A stretch of 64,000 nucleotides of DNA from Pecten maximus (lineage: Eukaryota), in assembly GCF_902652985.1 (NCBI RefSeq), contig NC_047017.1, positions 4,588,001 to 4,652,000 of the forward strand, in the 5' to 3' direction. Shown piece after piece: positions 61,051-64,000 of this stretch. The number at the start of each line of letters is the position of its first letter. Position 1 is the stretch's first letter. The notes beneath the pieces were generated by a model, which was given only the letters and a program-made list of their open reading frames with translations, was not told the origin of the DNA and did no database searches. The position numbers were made by a program, and so were the translations under genes.

Positions 61051-62088
61051 GGTCTTACAAGCGAATGTAACGTGTGGTCTTGTTGACGACGTAAAAATAC
61101 ATGTATGTTATATCTATATGCCCAACCGTTAACATGTAAAGAGAAAGGTTTTAGTAGAAGGCACAAGTTTAAACTGAACCGTCAGTACTTTATATTAAAT
61201 TTATCTTGTTTTGTAATAAGATTTTTTTTTTAATTTATTAGTTTATGCTATCAGCCCATAACATAAAAACTACGTTACCGTTTGTAACCTCGCTTTTGAT
61301 TGGATGATACGGCTGCGTAATAATTTGAAAAGAGAAAATAGTGTCCGCCAATAAAAACAGATTTTCGAAGGAATTGTGTAAAGTAGACTAATTTGTCAAA
61401 CTTTATAGGAGCCATAACACAAAATATCGGAATGTACTTTCATCGAAAGCCATTCCTCGCTTAATTTAGAGTACATCACTTTTTTATTTTATGACTTCAT
61501 GACATAAAATCACAATACGTATATTCATGTTATAAAATCACAATACGTATATTCAACTTAACCTTTATATACTGGTGTCGTAAAATGACCTGGTTTCCCT
61601 AGCCTGCCATTAAAATGTAATGGACATTACTCAATGTGATGGACAGTAATGATATAGCATGATGTCTCTTATTTTGGTTTTATGACCTTCGAGTGTGGAT
61701 TGGTTAGGCTTTAAAATAACTGTCGCCACATTGAGACACTTCAAGACGATGTCTAGTCGTTTAGGGATCAACGTCAGGAAATATTCCCCTTGAAGTCACT
61801 GTAACAAACACAACAGCACTGACAGTACTCAGGTGGCCGTCTATCGCAGTAACATCGAAATTGATCAGTTATGCCAATCCGGAACTCCTCGGTTTTTTTT
61901 TTCTTAATACACCTCGGACGTTAATGCTTATTTTAAGTAACGTTTTGTCACGTTACATATCATGTGGTATCAAAAATGGCGGCCAAGCCGCAGAAGGCTG
62001 TGTTTCAGCAAGACACGCTAAATTCTTATTGTTTTTGCAGTGAAGTAAAATTCCGAGGACAATCCGAATGCAGTTATGTCTTCTTGGA

Positions 62089-62282
62089 TACTGTAAAGGT
62101 ACATAATTTAGCGATAATCATATTTAGCGCTTACCTCTCTTGAAGCATTGTGCTAATTATATTTACTATGTGCTATTCTTATAGAGAATATGACAATACA
62201 CTATTTTTTTTATTGCGCTAAATTATTATCATTTGGAAAAGCGCGAAAATTTGAGTGCACCAAAATTAGTATGTTTTCAGTA
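62089..62282. mobile_element. MITE with TACTG...CAGTA ends
   Basis: TACTGTAAAGGTACATAATTTAGCG ... CACCAAAATTAGTATGTTTTCAGTA. Confidence 0.65.
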
Positions 62283-62606
62283 TTCTATTCAATGTAGAAC
62301 TTTAAGTACATTTTATGACTTTGATAACGAGGTCAGAACCTATAGTTTTCTTCACAGGAGAAAAGCTGAACTCAAATGCCAAATGTGAGTCAGTGTCAAT
62401 GGGGACAATAAAAACAGAAATACATTTTTTTGGAAGCAAATAAAACATTAATGCTTTGTTTTCTCTCTCATAATCGTAACGAGGGAGATATCGACAATTG
62501 CTTTCCCCCACTAATTATTACTGTACCGATAATAATTGCCAACATACAAATATCAAATTTTTTGCGTAATATTCAAGGTAAATAAACTTTCATACATTTT
62601 TCATCA

Positions 62607-62810
62607 TACACTAATTTATTATCCAGTGTTTGTACGCAGAATGCGGCTTTCTGATTGGTTGAGATTTTCTTCATACTTCTATGAAAGAAAAAATACGAAA
62701 ATGGCGCGAAATATGTGACGTCACAATACGGCAATTGACATTGCGTATTGACTAAAAAACTAAAAAAAAAAAAAAAAAAAAAGATGACATCAATGCTTAA
62801 ATATATAATC
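62607..62810 (+). mobile_element. Internally deleted copy of the 28805-29184 repeat
   Basis: GCTTTCTGATTGGTTGAGATTTT...ATGTGACGTCACAATACGGCAATTGACATTGCGTATTGA is the reverse complement of 29043-29150; GACATCAATGCTTAAATATA matches 28816-28835. Confidence 0.75.
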
Positions 62811-64000
62811 ATATCAATGAAAACAGACAATGTTTTGTGAAGAAATATCGTAGATCATGAGTAGTTATGTTTGCCTTTATCTTACTTTGGAGATAAAACA
62901 TTTATTAACACGCCATAGGTAGTCCAGGTTGGTGTTCATGGAAAATGGAACAATGTCTTTGGAAACACTCTTTGAAAAGAAACGTTATCACAGAAACTCT
63001 TTCGTGATTTTGACCAGGACGACTCTTCCTACTATCCTGGTTTCTGTAAAGAGGATCTTGTTCCATGATGGCGATCTTGCTTCGCTCAAGGCAGTAACAG
63101 AGAAAATGAAAACGTTCATATCTTCGTCCCTCCCTCTGCTTCCACGGAACCGCCTATTCCAACCCACCACCCTATAAGGTATTAATCTCTCTTCCTAGGC
63201 CAGACCACAATCTGGAATTTAAAACAGTCGATCGCCGTTCTCATGGTTTCTTCCATGGTTACGGAGGAGTTTAGTTTGTGCAATCTTTTCCAGTCAATGA
63301 GCATGCTGAAGCTAAACAAGGATACTGTGGTAGATTTGTGTAAAGAACGTCCAGCCCTAATAGGAAGAGGCGAACGTACCTAAAAGTCACTAAATCCAGC
63401 AATATTCCTTGTACGAATTATAATGTTTCCCTCTATGCAACGCACTTGACAGTGGCCAATATTCCGGAGATATTGAACTTCTGAAGAGTTTGATTATTAT
63501 TTTATTAACATTCTGAAACATTCCAAGTACATTATGTACATCGACAGATCAAGAAAACTCGCTTACCTATTTGCCCCAATAGTCATCTGAAACTGTGGAA
63601 AACGTACGGAAGAAATCAGTCTCTTCGGTGCTACAAGAACTATATTTGAATTCAAACTCACAAAGCACTAAGGTAAACCTAATTTCAAGGCTAAGCTATG
63701 TAAAAGTACGCACTAGAGACTTTTTTCTTTAAATTAGATAATACAGATTGATGACGAAAAAATCAATTTGTGAAGGAAAACGAGAACTGCTTCTCCCTGT
63801 GTTGGTGTACCATTGCTAATGGTCCTTGCATAATTCAACACGTATTTGTAACGTGGTTCTACTAAGGGCTGCAGGTAATTGTTTAGCTATACAGCTATTC
63901 ACGTATCACATATTTGGATTCCATTTTCTAAACATTTGCAGGAGCGGCAGGAAACAATGGGTGTATTGCATTTCACTGCTTGCCGTTGGAGTTGACTATT

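Overview
AT-rich animal genomic DNA, most likely a bivalve mollusc. That assignment rests on the HINE/pearl-type elements and V-domain SINEs; the species cannot be fixed from this window. Two convergent spliced genes can be rebuilt by hand with consistent intron phases. (1) A 3-exon + strand gene (10225-17683, 172 aa) encodes a small RVxF + ankyrin PP1-binding protein closely resembling PPP1R27, with two RRASL PKA sites and an acidic tail. (2) A - strand PhyH-family Fe(II)/2-oxoglutarate dioxygenase (36539-27818, 9 coding exons, 369 aa) has a GC-AG last intron and a duplicated terminal WTKA-stop. About 1.8 kb upstream of the dioxygenase sits a young, full-length Ty3/Gypsy element (40504-47485, - strand). 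It has 816-bp LTRs differing at 11 sites, an AAGG TSD, a tRNA-Leu PBS and a single gag-pol broken by two frameshifts, and it is inserted into the 3' end of a Helentron-type non-autonomous element. The rest is transposon debris (LINE 3' ends, V-SINEs, HINEs, TA-flanked MITEs, tiny palindromic elements) and eight unrelated minisatellite arrays of 21-47 bp. I found no CRISPR array, intact rRNA or tRNA gene, or clearly new multi-gene system. The best leads are the PKA-site PPP1R27-like protein, the uncharacterised PhyH-family enzyme, the nested Gypsy/HINE composite and the arrays that appear to grow out of transposon ends.
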